A DNA stretch of 63,597 nucleotides, filler included, from Pelomyxa schiedti (taxonomy: Eukaryota > Protista > Evosea), in NCBI GenBank assembly GCA_020536535.1. It is 14 parts of 14 records of this genome, joined end to end, with 100 filler letters (N's around TTAATTAATTAA, not from the genome) between each part and the next. Parts side by side here need not be neighbours in the genome. Positions count along the whole stretch, not along the records: positions 60,370 to 62,336 come from JAHLWZ010002193.1; positions 62,437 to 63,597 come from JAHLWZ010002749.1; 12 more parts are not named here. One strand, written 5' to 3'. The notes beneath the pieces were generated by a model. The model saw only the letters and a program-made list of their open reading frames with translations, had not been told where the DNA came from and ran no database searches. A program made the translations under genes and the position numbers. Below are positions 61,009-63,597 of this stretch, in pieces; positions within the stretch are counted from its first letter, which is position 1, and every line of letters begins with the position of its first letter.

Positions 61009-62336
61009 TTTTCTTCTTGTTTTGTTTTGGTTTCCTTTTTGGTGTTTGTTTGTGGGGTTGCCTTGGCTACACTTGGTAATCTCCAAACAAGGAATTGTGT
61101 ATGAGGTCAAATGCATTGGGAAGGGACACCCTGATTTCTTCAGTAATCACTCTTATGCACTCAAGGCAATATTCAACTTCGGCGTGGCTACAAAGTCCGT
61201 TCCCCGTGCTTTTAAGGTAAGATTACTTTGCTATTTGTTATCGAGAGTCTGACCACTTTTCATACAAGAATGAGTACAATGTTTCCTCCACGATTGATCC
61301 ACACCCAAACATCAACCGGTATTACTGTAACTTCACAGATCGGCCCCCACCGGAGTACTATGACTTACTTCCCCATGATCTCAAATATCTTGTATTTGAT
61401 CAAGAGAGGCAAAGGGTGCGCTCATGTGAATGGATTGTACTTGAACATCATGCCGAGACTCTACGTCATTTCTTAGACAGCCTCATCAAAACCTGTCCCG
61501 GTCTCTCAGCAACACCATGGTGCATTGTTCACAAGTACTCCAGGGATATATGTGCTGCTCTTGTTCATCTCTACAAGAATCAAACTATTCACTTTGACAT
61601 GAAGCTTGACAACATCGTTGTCTCCTCTGTGTGTTTTTCAGCTGAAAACAACTTAACATGACTAACCCCACTTGACAAAGAGCAAAGAGCAAGCAATCGT
61701 GATTGACTTTGGTTGTGCCACGAAATTTCCCAAGGGTTCATTTGAGAAGGAAACGGTAGCTCTTCCCACGATACTTGGGAATAAGCGCCATACAGCTCCT
61801 GAGATCCACAACGGAATTTCTCTACACAGCAAAGTTCCAGTTCATGGCGCAATGCTGAACTGTGAAAAGGTTTGCTGCCACTCATTTCTATAATATATAA
61901 ACAGCACGAAAGCAACCATCATTTGAACTTGGGTGTATTTTGTTTGAACTCGCGATGTTGGGGCAGCACCCACTGCCGGAGTATCCAATTCCTTATTCTT
62001 CCGCTGGTCAGATTACATTTTCTGACAGTAACCTGTTTCCAATGACACCGGAAGCATTACCAAGAGAGTTCCGGGACCTCGTTCATGCCTTACTTCAGTG
62101 TGACCCAGAAAAAAGGATACCCCTTTTAGACGCCTCAGAGGTATTGGCATCCATAAATGATCCAAGTCCTGCAGAACTTCTATCATTTTACATAGAACCG
62201 TGGATGGAACCCAGGACAAAAGATGCAGGCTTGAACGCCAATCATGATATTAACCACTCATATAAAATCAGGATGGTTGACAATGAAGGCGATTTGTGAA
62301 ATCCTGAGTGGTCATGCAATGGAAGACTGCGTTACC
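60645..62336 (+). CDS. PINK1-like protein kinase, paralog of 59033-60269, partial
   Basis: IAHGSNGIVY, YALKAIFNF, NEY, PHPNI, IHFDMKLDN, IDFGCA, GNKRHTAPE. Confidence 0.75.
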
Positions 62337-63244
62337 NNNNNNNNNNNNNNNNNNNNNNNNNNNNNNNNNNNNNNNNNNNNTTAATTAATTAANNNNNNNN
62401 NNNNNNNNNNNNNNNNNNNNNNNNNNNNNNNNNNNNGGAAATTGCTCATAGATTCTATCATTTTCAAATCGGACCTACAGATTATGAACAGACACAATTC
62501 TCTCTTCTTACCTTGAGAGGCTCTAGGCAAGCATACAGAGTACTTTCTGAGGTGCAGCTATCAAAAGTGGTGGTGAAACACAGCAACGCTCCTTCCTTCA
62601 CATAAAGTGGCACCCATGAGAGTGCGTGCAAGGCGCGGGTGATGTCACTGTAAGATCTGCGACGTGTCCTACGGCAAATACAAAAAAAATAACAGCGCAA
62701 CTGGGGTAGCGCAGGTGGTCGGGGCAGCGACGACTAACAGCGGATCTGCGACAAGTAGTGCTGGTGGTGGTTCTTTGTTATGCGTGCACTGGAAGTTACA
62801 AGTTCGTGAGAGAGCAGCCCCAGAGAAAATTAGTCTGGGGGAGAGAGAAGCTGCTATTACGAAAATCGAGGGTTGCAGGAACAAACTGGGCGGAGCTGAC
62901 AGCTGACATTGCACAAGCGACGGCGGAGCAGGGAGCCACCAGTTGCGGCGGGGAATGATTTACACGGACGTCACAAGGGGGCATACCCGCCGCCTGCACC
63001 GTCCGAACCGACCACCCGAGGGGGTGGTGGGACCCATCAGGTCGCAGTCAGTTATACACTGTGTATAACCGACACAACAGCGGGGGGCGTATTTTGCCAT
63101 ATTCACCTCGGACGTCCGGAAACCCGACACCCCGTCTGTGGTGTGCTCCACCAAACACAGATCTTCGTTGATTTTCGGTTTTTTTTTATGTTTGTCTTTT
63201 TTTTTTTTTGGTTTTGTTTGGAATCCCAGGCAGGATCCTTCAGA

Positions 63245-63597
63245 ATGCAAGCCATTGTTGTGTTGCCAGAGGGGAAGTCATCCATTAGCGACCAGAAGGT
63301 TTAGCTCAGGAATAACTTCCTGCAATTCTAGTATGTGTATGGCTTCCTAAAGAACGCGCAGGTTGTGCAAGTTCCAGCACCGCCACCTGTGAGACCTGCA
63401 GAGGCATTGGTGAGAATTAGGGCTGCTGGATTGAATCCTGTTGATTGGAAGATTGTTGAAGGTCAACTCAAGAAGCTGATTCATCATGAGTATCCACTGA
63501 TCATTGGCTGGGACGCTTCTGGTATTTGCAGCTTTCCTTATATTGCTCGTACTTGCAATATGACTTTTTCTTGATTTTACTTTTTCGTAGGAGTTAT
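63245..63597 (+). CDS. MDR-superfamily NADPH:quinone oxidoreductase / enoyl-reductase-like protein, 3'-partial
   Basis: MQAIVV...EALVRIRAAGLNPVDWKIVEG...PLIIGWDASG. Confidence 0.85.

Noticed and set aside
9696-62435. Recurring TTAATTAATTAA motif as a biological repeat
   Set aside because: Always centred in N runs; an artificial six-frame-stop linker
54799-63597. PKS AT, SAT-like and enoyl-reductase-like genes as a biosynthetic cluster
   Set aside because: They lie on different scaffolds separated by artificial linkers

Overview
This is eukaryotic, gene-dense protist DNA with short (mostly 40-110 nt) spliceosomal introns. Gene content (nicastrin, a TirA-like RCC1/TIR protein, HRDLAARN tyrosine kinase, MORN and ankyrin expansions, intronless lineage-specific families) fits an amoebozoan, plausibly an archamoeba such as Pelomyxa; that assignment is inference. 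The window is 14 separate scaffolds joined by artificial N-TTAATTAATTAA-N spacers, so adjacency across spacers means nothing. Four internal 100-N gaps sit next to near-identical duplicated blocks that are probably allelic haplotigs. The strongest find is not in the ORF track: a candidate ER selenoprotein of the SelM/Sep15 type (36791-37271). Its in-frame TGA (36803-36805) aligns exactly with the TGC of a Cys paralog 4 kb away (41014-41016), the two share intron positions, and a type-II SECIS-like hairpin lies in its 3' UTR (37373-37473). The two paralogs flank nicastrin. Other notable items: a 1.2-kb TIR element with palindromic subterminal motifs, an H1-like tail fused to a non-H1 domain, a TIR-TIR protein lacking the catalytic Glu, an RCC1-F-box-ARF fusion, LSm1 with a ~450-aa low-complexity extension, a HAS1-derived pseudo-helicase, PINK1-like kinases, PKS/FAS acyltransferase genes, GC-AG introns, a frame-preserving intron loss and a truncated RLE-type LINE. 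All family assignments come from recognising motifs by eye, not from database searches.
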